In this document: piece by piece, positions 25,153 through 37,084 of the stretch
Position numbering within the stretch: position 1 is the first letter of the stretch
How the letters are laid out: each line of letters begins with the position of its first letter
Assembly: GCA_964016885.1 (NCBI GenBank)
Contig: OZ024743.1
Location: forward strand, 281,852,001-281,916,000
Length of the DNA stretch: 64,000 nt
Source of the DNA: Eledone cirrhosa
Taxonomy: Eukaryota
Direction of reading: 5' to 3'
Notes under the pieces: model-generated
The model's input: the letters and a program-made list of their open reading frames with translations, nothing else
What the model was told of the DNA's origin: nothing
Database searches by the model: none
Made by a program: the position numbers and the translations under genes

Positions 25153-26312
25153 CTCTCATATTTTCTTCTAGTGGCAACTGCAAAACATCTGAACCCTCTC
25201 ATTATGATATTTCTATATAAAGTCATTATTTGAAAATAATCAGGAATTTTGGGGCATTTAGTAATATAAATATTTTCATTATTAAGCTGATGTTTGGAAC
25301 TTAACAAAAATTCTTGCATAAAATTATGGTGGAAAGTTTTTAGATAAATATAAACACTTTAAAATAAATAGTTTTGTATTGTATTTTCTGGCATTGAAGA
25401 TACTCTGATGCCTTTATTCTTCTTCTTCTTGGGAGGGTCGTGGGGACAGAGTCCTCATGTACACCTTCCAGCGGGTCCTGTCAGAAGCAATCATTTCCAA
25501 TTGATCTGGCTGAGCCCCCAAGTGAGACCAGCCAAGCTCATGGATGTTATCCAACCATCTTGCTCAGTGTCTACACCTGGATCTCCTGTTAGTTGGTTTT
25601 ACTCATAAAATCTGTCCAATGATTATTTCCTGAGACATTCTAACCATATGTTTGTAATATTGGAGCTGTGATTCATAGATGTATATCAATTTTGAATTGC
25701 TGAATTAACATAAGGTTTGGCCCCCAAGATGTTGAGTAAGTTTTACAGACTTATGTCAGGTAAAAAAACAACTCATGTCTTCCATGCTTGGACATGCAAT
25801 ACTTTTATTAAGCAATAACTGTCTGTAGTTTAGTACTTGAGTAGTTTAGTGACTGTGTTTAAATTTTGTATTTTATTAACTCTTAACATCCTGAAATGAT
25901 TTAACAGAAAATATTTAAATATGGGTTTGTTAATTAAAATTTTGAATCACCCTGATATTACCATCAGTTTAATTCCTTGGTATTAAACCCCATTGTGAAT
26001 TGGATGTTGCTGTTAAGGTTATTAATCCAATATATTCGAACTGCTCTCAGAATATATGAAAAACATTTTTTTTTAAATATTTAATATTTAATATGTAGTA
26101 TTTGATCAGATTGTTATACTAATCGAAACTTGTTATATTTAATGCAACATTTATAAAATTATTCATTCTGTTGGATTAAAGAAAAAATAATCTTTAAATA
26201 TACTTCTGTGCATTTTCCCCTTTACTTTTTAACTATACCCTTGTTTTGTATGGGACTTTACCCCATTTTTCTAATATATATATATATTGAGAAACATGAT
26301 CATCATATGTAT

Positions 26313-26758
26313 TAAATTTAAATATGTATTGATACATTAGCATAGTATTATATATATATTATCATCGTTTAACGTCGGTCTTCCACACTAGCATGAGTTA
26401 GACGGGAGTTGTCCCACTTGAGACAAGATTGGTCGGGTGACCGTGTCTCGCTCGATATATATATATATATATATATAGGAACCAGTAAGACCCCGACAGC
26501 TGAGCTCAAGCCGTTTCGACGGCTAATTCTGTCCAGAATTAGCCGTCGAAACAGCTTGAGCTCAGCTGTCGGGGTCTTACTGGTTCCTATATATATATAT
26601 ATATATATATCGAGCGAGACACGGTCACCCGACCAATCTTGTCTCAAGTGGGACAACTCCCGTCTAACTCATGCTAGTGTGGAAGACCGACGTTAAACGA
26701 TGATGATGATAATATATATATAATACTATGCTAATGTATCAATACATATTTAAATTTA
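26313..26758. repeat. ~446-bp near-perfect palindrome
   Basis: Arms are reverse-complementary around the centre at 26532/26533, with one mismatch and one 6-bp (TGA)2 indel. Confidence 0.95.
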
Positions 26759-26797
26759 TATATGTGTTATATATTTGAGTTGTGGCTGTTGATATAC

Positions 26798-26900
26798 TAC
26801 AGGGTGACACAAAACCAAAACCACAAAAACACTCCGAGCTTGATTATCGTATTGATGTTTGCCGAGCAATAAAAGAGGCACACATCGAGTGTTTATGATA
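26798..26900 (+). mobile_element. Tc1/mariner (maT/DD37D-like) deletion remnant
   Basis: TA-CAGGGTG terminus followed by a transposase-like C-terminus ELDYRIDVCRAIKEAHIECL*. Confidence 0.55.
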
Positions 26901-27350
26901 TCAAACTTTTTTACTTAATGCAACTGTAGCCACCAATATTGTAAGAACATTCATTTAAGTTTTCATATTATAAGTATTTGAAGTCAACTTTGCCTTTCAT
27001 CCATTCACGGTCGATAAAAAAATACCAGTCAAATAATGTGGTTGATTCTTTCTATATATCTTTCTCACTTCCTTTCTCTCACTCTCTCTATCCTTCTCTG
27101 CAAAAAATCTTTTTTTTTTTAGGCCCTCAGAGAAGATGGCCTCCACCAGATTTCTAAAAAATTCCCTAGAAAGGCTGTATGTGAATATGGTACCCCTACG
27201 ACTCTCACAGGAGTTGCGACTCCATACCATACAATACCATGACATTTATATTCAGATCACGGACTGATTGCCAGAACCAATATCAATGTACGGATTTTCC
27301 AGTATATCCTTAAAAATACAACTGTATTCATTATCATAATATTAATAAAA

Positions 27351-27545
27351 AGGGCCGTAGTTTGACAGTATTGGTAGAGAGTCGGGCACAATTCTTGGCG
27401 GCATTCAGTTATGGCCCTATAAATTCTGAGTTCAAATCCCACCGATGTCGATAAAAGAAAGCACTAGGAATGCACTGGGGTTGATTTAATCGATTTGCCC
27501 TTCAGCCAAATTGCTGGCCATGTGCCTATAGTAGAAATTATTATC
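27351..27545 (+). mobile_element. Diverged S1-family SINE with 16-bp TSD; a truncated minus-strand copy follows at ~27557-27680
   Basis: B-box GAGTTCAAATCC; TSD ATTATCATAATATTAA at 27330-27345 and 27540-27555. Confidence 0.8.
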
Positions 27546-28289
27546 ATAATATTAAGCGTTTCTACTTTTGGCACAAGGCCAACATTACTGGTGCTTTAGT
27601 TTATCGACCCCGTAAGGATGAAAACCAAAGTTAACCTCGGCGGGATTTGAACTCACAACCTAAGGGGCCAAAACTCTAAGCTGATTAATACGGAGCAATA
27701 TCAGCTCACATATATAATATATAACCTTAAAATTGAACCAAAACGCAAAATTATTCTTTTGTATTAAGAAAGAAGTTATATCATTCTTACTATAAACATA
27801 ATACATTTGAAATGTTCTTTTTCTTTTCTTTTTTTTCTTTTCCATTTTCTTTTTTGTTTTAGTTTTTAATTATTTTTATTTTATATTACTTGTCTCACGA
27901 ACTCTTTTTGATTACCAACTGTAAGGGGTACTCGATATTTGCCCTATTTCTGTCATGGCTTACAAGCTCTATACGGACGTTTAAATTGAATGTATAAATA
28001 AATAAATAGAGAAATAAAGAAATATTTTTTATAATTTGGAAGGGTCATGCTGCCAATAAAAACATACGCACGAAGATGTTGTAGGACAGAACAAAGGAGA
28101 AACAAAATAAAGGAGGTGGTCACAGAATGTATGACGAAAGAACTTTGACAATAAATAAACAACCATTCGCTTATCAACAGCTTATCGCTGTCGGGGGTCT
28201 TACTGGTTCCTATTACCCACTCTACTACCTCAAGTATTGAGTACTTTGGTGCGTTATGGTCCACCTGGTTCCTTACCACATTTCCTTCG

Positions 28290-28367
<78 letters not shown>

Positions 28368-29469
28368 TATATAGGCATGTGTAACAAGGTTTTTAAGAGT
28401 TTGTATGGGTGTAAATGTTAGTAAAGGCAAGTTTGTGTTTGTCATTTTGTATATTTGTGAATAAATTATTGTATATACATCATCATCATCATCATCATTT
28501 TAAAAGCAGACGTAAAATAATGATGATGATGATGATGATTTATTTGTGAGTGTATGTAGATGTGTATGGGTGTGTATGGGTGAATGTGTATCTGCAAATA
28601 CTGGTTTGTTAGTATGTATACGTGCACATATGTTTGTGTTGGTATGTTTATGCATACATGTGTGTGTTTGATGGAAGCATGTGTGCATCTGTTCATATGA
28701 ATATGTTTGAGCTTTTGTAAGTGCGTACATGTGCACATGTTTGTGTGGGTGTGTTTATGTAAGCATTTATAGAATTGCGTATGAATTTTTGCAAGCCTAT
28801 GTGTCTGTGTATATGTATGTACGCACATATATGTATGTAAGTATGTATGTATGTATGTATGTATGCATTTAAGTATGTATGTGAGTGATTAAGTGTTATG
28901 TGAATATATATATATATATGGAGGTGCCACGGAAAAAAAAGCACCCAGCACTCACTGTAAATGAGGTTGGTGTTAGGAAGGGCATCCAGCTGTAGAAATC
29001 AAGCCAGAATCAGTTCCCGTCCCACCCTTGCAAGCAGGGAAAAAGTGGACTTAAAAACGAAATGATGATGATGATGAAATGATGATATATATACAAAATT
29101 AAATTAAGGGTGTCATGTCTGAGAGACATGCGCCATATCCAATATATTTCTTTATTTAATGAAATATATACAAAGGAGATTAATCATTTTAAAAGGTATC
29201 TATATTTGAAATTCTAGTTAAACTTTAATTAGTTACCTACCTAGCTGTGTGTTCTTGCACACTTTACAAATTATTCCCTGTGATTGTTTCATATGTTTAT
29301 TTTATATATATGTCAATCAATTTCTAGTTGATATATATATATATATCCCTGTCTCTCTCCTGTTTAGAAAAGGTACTCCACACCATATCACTACATATCA
29401 TAAGCAGCAACTAATCCATACAAATACACCTCAACAACATATGTACTTGTCTATACCATACTAATTCAA

Positions 29470-29524
29470 ACTGCCTGAAGAGGTCACAGCCAAAGATGGC
29501 TGTCACTGAAATATATATAGCAGT
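29470..29524 (+). ncRNA. Type I hammerhead ribozyme motif (Penelope/retrozyme-like)
   Basis: ACTGC-CTGAAGA-[GGT C ACAGCCA aaga TGGCTGT C ACT]-GAAA-tatata-TA-GCAGT; stems I and II pair; AATAAA follows. Confidence 0.7.
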
Positions 29525-29612
29525 AATAAACGAAGCTAAATTTTAATCATTTGACTTTTTATTTAACTTTATTTTATATATATATATATATATATACATA
29601 CACACACACGTG

Positions 29613-29769
29613 TGACTTTGAAGGAGTGATACTAGAGCTGTGAAATGTTGCATGCATTAATTTCAACTCTTCTTATTAATAACTGCATTGTTTCTTTCCA
29701 GGGACTATTTTGAAAAATAAACCTCATTTGGTGATTCCATAAGACTATCTTGGTCAGCCGACCCTCGTA
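29613..29769. mobile_element. Partial mariner-type MITE; fuller copy at ~50812-51011
   Basis: Shared body 'gaaggagtgat.ctagagct.tgaaat.ttgcatgcattaatttcaactc'; TIR-like 'tgaaaagttcataggctgac' / 'gtcagcctatgaacttttca' in the second copy. Confidence 0.65.
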
Positions 29770-29784
29770 TATATGTATATACAT

Positions 29785-30225
29785 ATGGTCATGTACGCCA
29801 AAAGTTCCCAGCCCACACTGTAAAGTGGTCATGTAGGTGTCACAACAAAAAGCACTCAGTCCACACTGTAAAGTGGTTATGTAGGTGTTATGACAAAAAA
29901 CACCCAGTCTACACAGTAAAGTGATTATGTAGGTGTCACAACAAATAGCACCCAGTTCACACTGTAAGGTGGTCATGCTGGTCATATGACAAAAAGCACC
30001 CAGTCCACACTGTAAAGTGATTGAGTTGGGGACATGACAAAATGCACCCAGTACTCATTGTAAATAAGGTTGTCATTAGGAAGGACATCCAGCTATAGAA
30101 ACCAAGCCCAAATCAGTTCTGTATGAGCAAGACATGGTCACCTGACCTAGCATTGCCCACAACAGGACAACTTGTTTAACCCATGCTAGCATTGAAAAAT
30201 GGACATAAAACCGGTGATGATGATA
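29785..30225 (+). repeat. RTE-type 3' UTR with ~5 tandem ~47-bp units, ending in (GAT)n
   Basis: Unit 'cacccagtccacactgtaaagtggtcatgtaggtgtcacaacaaaaag' repeated; the same 3' UTR follows RTE ORF ends at 34310-34686 and 63570-63945. Confidence 0.75.
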
Positions 30226-30813
30226 CTATATATATATATCATCATTATCAACATCATCATCGTTTAACGTCTATCTTCCAAGCTAGTATGGGTTAGACGG
30301 GAGTTGTCCCAATTTGAGACAAGATTGGTCGGGTGACTGTGTCTCGCTCGTATAGGACTATCTGGCAAGTTTTCTATGGCTGGATGCCCTTCCTAACACC
30401 AACCACATTTACAGTGTGGACTGGGAACTTTTTACCACATTACAGCATGGACTGTGTTTTTTTTTTGTCGTGACACCTACACGATCTCGATCTCGATCTC
30501 ATTATCATTTGGACTGGATGTTGTGGTACCAACTTTACAGAGAAAGGGTGGTGTTGGTGGGAGTGGGAGGATGGAGTAGGGGTAGTGGGTTGGAGTGTAT
30601 ATTTGGTTAAGAGATATATATATATATATGTTAGGTAATTCCAAAGGAAAAGCAAAGGAAAAAAGAGTGCTCTATGTATAGAACAGAGTTATTTATTTTT
30701 TCTATATTGCTATATATTTTTATTTTTCTATTTTTATCCCCTTATTTTGCCAGCTTCACTTCCAATTTTTAACAGATTATAAATTTCATTTCATATCTTT
30801 TATCTATAACATA

Positions 30814-30881
30814 TCTATCTGACGACTGATCCAGACATATATATTGTTATCGTCTGTGATCCAGAAACCTTTGGTAATGGA
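30814..30881 (+). ncRNA. Hammerhead ribozyme-like motif with long stem II
   Basis: TCTAT-CTGACGA-c-[tGATC CAGAC..GTCTG t GATC ca]-GAAA-CC ttt GG-TA-ATGGA. Confidence 0.55.
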
Positions 30882-30941
30882 ATAGTTATAATTTGTGTTG
30901 TTCACTTTCTAATTAAATATATATATATGTATATATACAGT

Positions 30942-31083
30942 GGAGGCACATGGCTTAGTGGTTAGAACATTGGCCTTGCAATTGAAAGGTTGTGAGTTCA
31001 ATTCTCAGACCGGGTGATGTGTTGTTTCCTTGAGCAAGACACTTTATTTCATATTGCTCCAGTTTACTCAGCTGTAGAAATGG
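30942..31083 (+). mobile_element. Second tRNA-derived SINE family; degenerate copy at ~56390-56530
   Basis: A-box TGGCTTAGTGG, B-box GAGTTCAATTC, core 'tccttgagcaagacacttta'. Confidence 0.7.
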
Positions 31084-31479
31084 TGGAGGTGCCACGGCAA
31101 AAAAGCACCCAGCCCACACTGTAAAGTGGATGTGTAGGAGCCACGGAAAAAAAGCACCCAACACTCACTGTAAACGAGGTTGGTGTTAGGAAGGGCATCC
31201 AGCTGTAGAAATCAAGCCAGAATCAGTTCCCGTCCCACCCTTGCAAGCAGGGAAAAGCGGACGTAAAATGAAATGATGATACAGAGAAAGAGAGCGCGAG
31301 GAGATGCCTATTCATGTTATGTTCCCCATATGTATCACTGTATATACATCTGTTTGAATGTATGCTTGTATATGCATCTTGTGAGTGTTTGTGCATGCGT
31401 GTGCATCTGAATGGTTAAAAGTTTCTTTTGGTGGATACTTGAGTTTGTATTCATGCATGCTCTATGAAGATTTAATATG

Positions 31480-31516
31480 GATATATGTATATATACATAT
31501 ATACATATATACAAAC

Positions 31517-31563
<47 letters not shown>

Positions 31564-31616
31564 CATATATACAAACATATATATATATATATATATATAC
31601 ATATATACTAACATAT

Positions 31617-31647
<31 letters not shown>

Positions 31648-31660
31648 CATATATACTAAC

Positions 31661-31697
<37 letters not shown>

Positions 31698-31711
31698 TAT
31701 ACATATATACA

Positions 31712-31758
<47 letters not shown>
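31480..31758. repeat. (TA)n-based compound microsatellite; many other (TA)n tracts, e.g. 28291-28372, 32080-32310, 34686-34805 and 47535-47770
   Basis: Seen directly. Confidence 0.95.
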
Positions 31759-31762
<4 letters not shown>

Positions 31763-31816
31763 GGAAAAAATGAAACGAAATTTCATTTCTCACTCTTAGT
31801 ATGGCTGTTACTTAAA

Positions 31817-32073
31817 TATAAGTATGTATACGTACATACATATATGTATACAGACGTATAGTAGTATGTATATATATATATATACATACATGCACACATA
31901 TATATATATGTACGTATGGATTCACCGAACATTTATTATAATCAGTATTGAACAAATGAGCAACGATGGTTGCTAGACACTGTACGGCTTAATTCGGGAT
32001 GTTTGTTTACAAACACACCGAACATTATAATAAATGTTCGGTGAATCCATACGTACATATATATATGTGTGCA

Positions 32074-32151
<78 letters not shown>

Positions 32152-32200
32152 CTACTGTACGTCTGTATAGATATATGTATGTACGTATACATACTTATAT
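31817..32200. repeat. Inverted repeat centred on a small TIR element
   Basis: 31817-31942 is the reverse complement of ~32025-32200 apart from (TA)n length and a few substitutions. Confidence 0.85.
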
Positions 32201-32216
32201 ATATACATATATACAA

Positions 32217-32312
<96 letters not shown>

Positions 32313-32422
32313 ATAATAATAATAATAATAATAATAGTAATAATAATAAAATTGAAGACTAAAATCCAAAGAGGGCTCGATAAGGAAAATATATATCAAA
32401 TATATAAGAACCGTAGAGCAAA

Positions 32423-34006
32423 TATTTATTAAAATAACAGATTAAAGTTTAAGCAAAGAATCGCTGCTTTCACCCTTAACGGGATCTTCTGAAACTAACA
32501 AAGTCAATCTGTAAACGCAGAACTGGATATTTCAAAAAACGTTGCAACCGGGGGAAGACAGGAAGACGATACTTTGGTTCGTGGTAACGTTCGCTGGCAA
32601 AGAACGGGATAAAACGAATAATACGTCATTAATAGGAGCGGTGAAAAACAATTACGCGCAAAGACAAAACCACGTTTATGGTATAAAAGAGGTCGTAGAC
32701 TAATGTTCTCTTAGGTGGTGCATAGAGACGTTCTCCGGCAATGAACGAAAAAACGAAGATAATAAGTCATATGTGGAGCGTGGAGAACAATAGCACGCAA
32801 AGACAAAACCACGTAAATGGTATAGCAGAAATCGTAGACTAAAATTCTAACTAGGAGACCAAATGAATCTCCGCTACAGAGTTAAGAACAAAGTAAATAA
32901 ATACAATACAGAAGTAATAGAAACAAATAAATACATACACGCAAACAGATACTTACATACACAAGCATACGCAAAACCTTACCATGGGTATACAAAACCA
33001 CTCACATATAAATATGTGTGTGTGTGTATGCTTGTGTTCAAATAAATAAATAATTATATAAACGTATATAAGTAAATAAATACGTATATAACAAGCGCAC
33101 ACGCATACCTACATATAAATACACGAATGTTCGGAGACATAAGTCAACTAAAACAAGAAGTACACATATACACACACCCACCATACGTACGAACCTGCAC
33201 ACTCACGCGGACGCAACACTCCCGTATACACATAGCCAAACCTTAAATACCAGAATATGTAAAAATTATACGCTATAACAGTCAAATATACGTACGAGAA
33301 GGTATACATACCTTCACAAAACATAGGTATGCGTGTGCGCTTGTTATATACGTATTTATTTACTTATATACGTTTATATAATTATTTATTTATTTGTACA
33401 CAAGCATACACACACACACATATTTATATGTGAGTGGTTTTGTAAGGTAAGGTTTTGCGTATGCTTGTGTATGTACGTATCTGTTTGCGTGTATGTATTT
33501 ATTTGTTTCTATTACTTCTGTATTGTATTTATTTACTTTGTTCTTAACTCTGTAGCGGAGATTCATTTGGTCTCCTAGTTAGAATTTTAGTCTACGATTT
33601 CTGCTATACCATTTACGTGGTTTTGTCTTTGCGTGCTATTGTTCTCCACGCTCCACATATGACTTATTATCTTCGTTTTTTCGTTCATTGCCGGAGAACG
33701 TCTCTATGCACCACCTAAGAGAACATTAGTCTACTACCTCTTTTATACCATAAACGTGGTTTTGTCTTTGCGCGTAATTGTTTTTCACCGCTCCTATTAA
33801 TGACGTATTATTCGTTTTTTCCCGTTCTTTGCCAGCGAACGTTACCACGAACCAAAGTATCGTCTTCCTGTCTTCCCCCGGTTGCAACGTTTTTTGAAAT
33901 ATCCAGTTCTGCGTTTACAGATTGACTTTGTTAGTTTCAGAAGATCCCGTTAAGGGTGAAAGCAGCGATTCTTTGCTTAAACTTTAATCTGTTATTTTAA
34001 TAAATA
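32423..34006. mobile_element. Foldback-like element or inverted duplication with ~690-bp arms and ~210-bp spacer
   Basis: 32423-33111 vs 33324-34006 are reverse-complementary with only a few substitutions and indels; no coding capacity. Confidence 0.8.
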
Positions 34007-34139
34007 ATTAATAAATATATATATATATATATATATGTATGTATATTATAGTTAAAACAGAAAACAAAAACAATAGCGAAGAGTGCAGTACAAAGTGTTA
34101 GTATTAGGTTCACGCTTATATATATATATATATATATAA

Positions 34140-34686
34140 CAAAGTGCAGGGCAATAAAGATAGACGGTAGCCACGGAATAGGCAGACCTAGAAAAACCTG
34201 GGACGAGCTGATAAACTCCGACCTCACACACTTACACCTCTCCAAGACAATGTCACTGGACCGAGACCTTTGGCGGTACTCAGTAATAGAGAAGACCCGC
34301 CTTACCTAAATACATAGTAAAACCTACTACAATCAGTAGGCATCTCTAACAAAATACACCCCCGTCCCACCCCATCCACACCGCCCCCTTCTATGTAAAG
34401 TTATGTTGGTGCCACACTATTCAGGCCAAAACAAATGAGATCGTGTAGGTGTCATGACAAAAAAACACACAGTCCACGCTGTAATGTGGCCGTGTAGGCA
34501 ACACGGTAAAAACCTCCCAGACCCACACTGTAAATGTGGTTGGTGTTAGGAAGGGCATCCAACTGTAGAAAACCTGCCAGACAGTCCTATGCGAGCAAGA
34601 CAATCACTCTTGCCTCAAGTGGGAAAACCCCCGTCCAAACCCATGCAAGCGTGGAACACGGACGTTAAACGTTGATGATGATGATG
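34140..34686 (+). mobile_element. RTE-clade LINE 3' end with (GAT)n tail
   Basis: KCRAIKIDGSHGIGRPRKTWDELI...; near-identical to 63410-63945. Confidence 0.85.
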
Positions 34687-34710
34687 ATATATATATATAT
34701 ATATATATAC

Positions 34711-34785
<75 letters not shown>

Positions 34786-35312
34786 TATATATATAAATAT
34801 ATATACATACACACACACCCATGTATATATGCATGCATATGTGTGTTTATATATGTATGTGCATGCAGGCACACATGTGTATATTAGGTTCTGCATTTTT
34901 TTTAGTTATTTTATTGTTTACATGTGTTTGGTTTGTCTTTTTTTTTAATATAAATTCTTTACTTTGCTTTCTGACATAGTTTTCTTTATTTTCCCTCTTT
35001 TTCTAGCTCATTTTTTTTCTTCTCATTTTGGGGGGTTTTTTTCCACATTTCATTTATTTTTATTTTTTCATGAGGAATAGTGTAAAAAAAAAAAAAAAAA
35101 ATACTAAGACAAACTGATGGAATGTCCTTTTGTTTTTGTTTGATTTTTAGATTTAAAAAAAAACTTTAAGGTATGAGGAGTGTAAAAGAAGCACAGCAAG
35201 CAAGAATAAGAGCTAAAAGACCAAACTGTAAATCTATCCAAACCACTTATATGTAACTCATTCCTATGGAATGAAACAAGCAAAACAAGTTCAAATCTCT
35301 GAGAGAGGATTT

Positions 35313-35348
35313 ACAGAGAGAGAGATAGAAAACATATAGAGGAGAGAA

Positions 35349-35412
<64 letters not shown>

Positions 35413-35525
35413 GAGAGAGAGAGAGAGATGAGAGAGAAGAGAGAAGAAAAGAAAAAAATAAAGAGAAAGGGAGAGAGAATAAAATATATGTGTATATAAA
35501 TATATATATATAGAGAGAGAGAGAA

Positions 35526-35557
<32 letters not shown>

Positions 35558-35622
35558 GGAGAGAGAGAGTGTGTATGTGTGTGTGAGAGAGAGTGTGTAT
35601 GTGTGTGGTTGAGATAGAGAGA

Positions 35623-35658
<36 letters not shown>

Positions 35659-35699
35659 GTGTGTGTGTATGTGTGTGAGAGAGAGAGAGAGTGTGTGTA

Positions 35700-35740
<41 letters not shown>

Positions 35741-35767
35741 GTGTGTGTGAATGTGTGTGTGAGAGAG

Positions 35768-35865
<98 letters not shown>

Positions 35866-35884
35866 TGTGTGTATGTGTGTGTGA

Positions 35885-35915
<31 letters not shown>

Positions 35916-35997
35916 TGTGTGTGTATGTGTGTGTGTGTGTGTGAGAGAGAGAGAGTGTGTGTATGTGTGTGTGAGTGTATGTGTGTGTGTGAGAGAG

Positions 35998-36028
<31 letters not shown>

Positions 36029-36040
36029 GAAAAGAGAGAG
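35313..36040. repeat. Compound (GA)n/(GT)n microsatellite
   Basis: Seen directly. Confidence 0.95.
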
Positions 36041-36312
36041 GGATTATCAAATAAACATGTTACAAGATCTTTAGATACAATCCAAACAAAATTGTAGTTT
36101 AACACATTTAAAACAGTTTAAACAAACTGGTGGAGACAAGAAAAATTAGACATTACATTTTGTTTACCGTTTTTGTTGTTATTTGTGTTTAGTTGTTCAC
36201 ACACACACACTCTCTCTCCATATCTCTATATCTATCTGTCTGTCAGTATAACTGCACAGCTGGTTGGCTATCTAACTAGCGATAGTTCTTCATTTTCTTT
36301 CTTCATATAATT

Positions 36313-36555
36313 ATCATCACCATCATCATCATCATCATTTTACATCCACTTTTCCCTGCTTGCAAGGGTTGGATGGGTCCTATTCAGCACAGCAACTTTC
36401 CACTTGTCACGGTCCTTCGTCATCTCCTCGGTGAGTTTCAGCGATCTGAGGTCTGCTCTCACCACCTCTGCCCATGTTTTACGTGGTCTACCTCTACTGC
36501 ATCTTCCTTCTACTGGGATTTCTTGGCACTTCTTTACCCAGCAGTCATCCTCCAT
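36313..36555 (-). mobile_element. Short RTE 3' end
   Basis: KKCQEIPVEGRCSRGRPRKTWAEVV; (GAT)n tail. Confidence 0.8.
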
Positions 36556-37084
36556 ATACACACACACATTTATATATACACACACACACATATATACATA
36601 AATATATATACCATTTATGTTGGATGGTTTAACTAATGGGTAGATCTTGTCCTTTCCATTAGCCAACCATGATGCAATAAGCAAAAGCACTTAATGTTGT
36701 GCATAACATCCATCATAGATTTGGTGTAGGAACAGAATTAAATACTTCAATGAAAAACGAGGTGAAATTCTAATATATTCCTTTAATGTTTCATAAAAAC
36801 ACAATACATATCTCTATGGCCAGCAGCTTACATCATCATATCATTAGTTACACCTAACAACATTACAAGATGCCTTGCATTATATGCAAGGCATCTTGTG
36901 ACGTTGTTAGGTGTAACTAAGAATAAAGGTTTAGTAATCAACTTCTGGGTTAGGTCAAATATGAGAATTGATACAGGTGTCAATAAATGCGAATGCTGTA
37001 TAAAGTAAATGAAAACAACAAAGCAAACAACACATTACAATGAAAAAATATATTAGTTTAACACTTGATATAGGTGGAAAAGAG

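Noticed and set aside
26369-26696. Near-identical 95-aa ORFs on both strands
   Set aside because: A trivial consequence of the palindrome.
27123-27176. Possible 54-bp host exon (long pyrimidine tract, AG acceptor, GTATGT donor)
   Set aside because: Splice signals are plausible but the peptide is not recognisable and there are no partner exons; it needs RNA-seq.
31335-36105. Long ORFs of YI/HT/LS/CV/RE repeats
   Set aside because: Translations of stop-free dinucleotide microsatellites.
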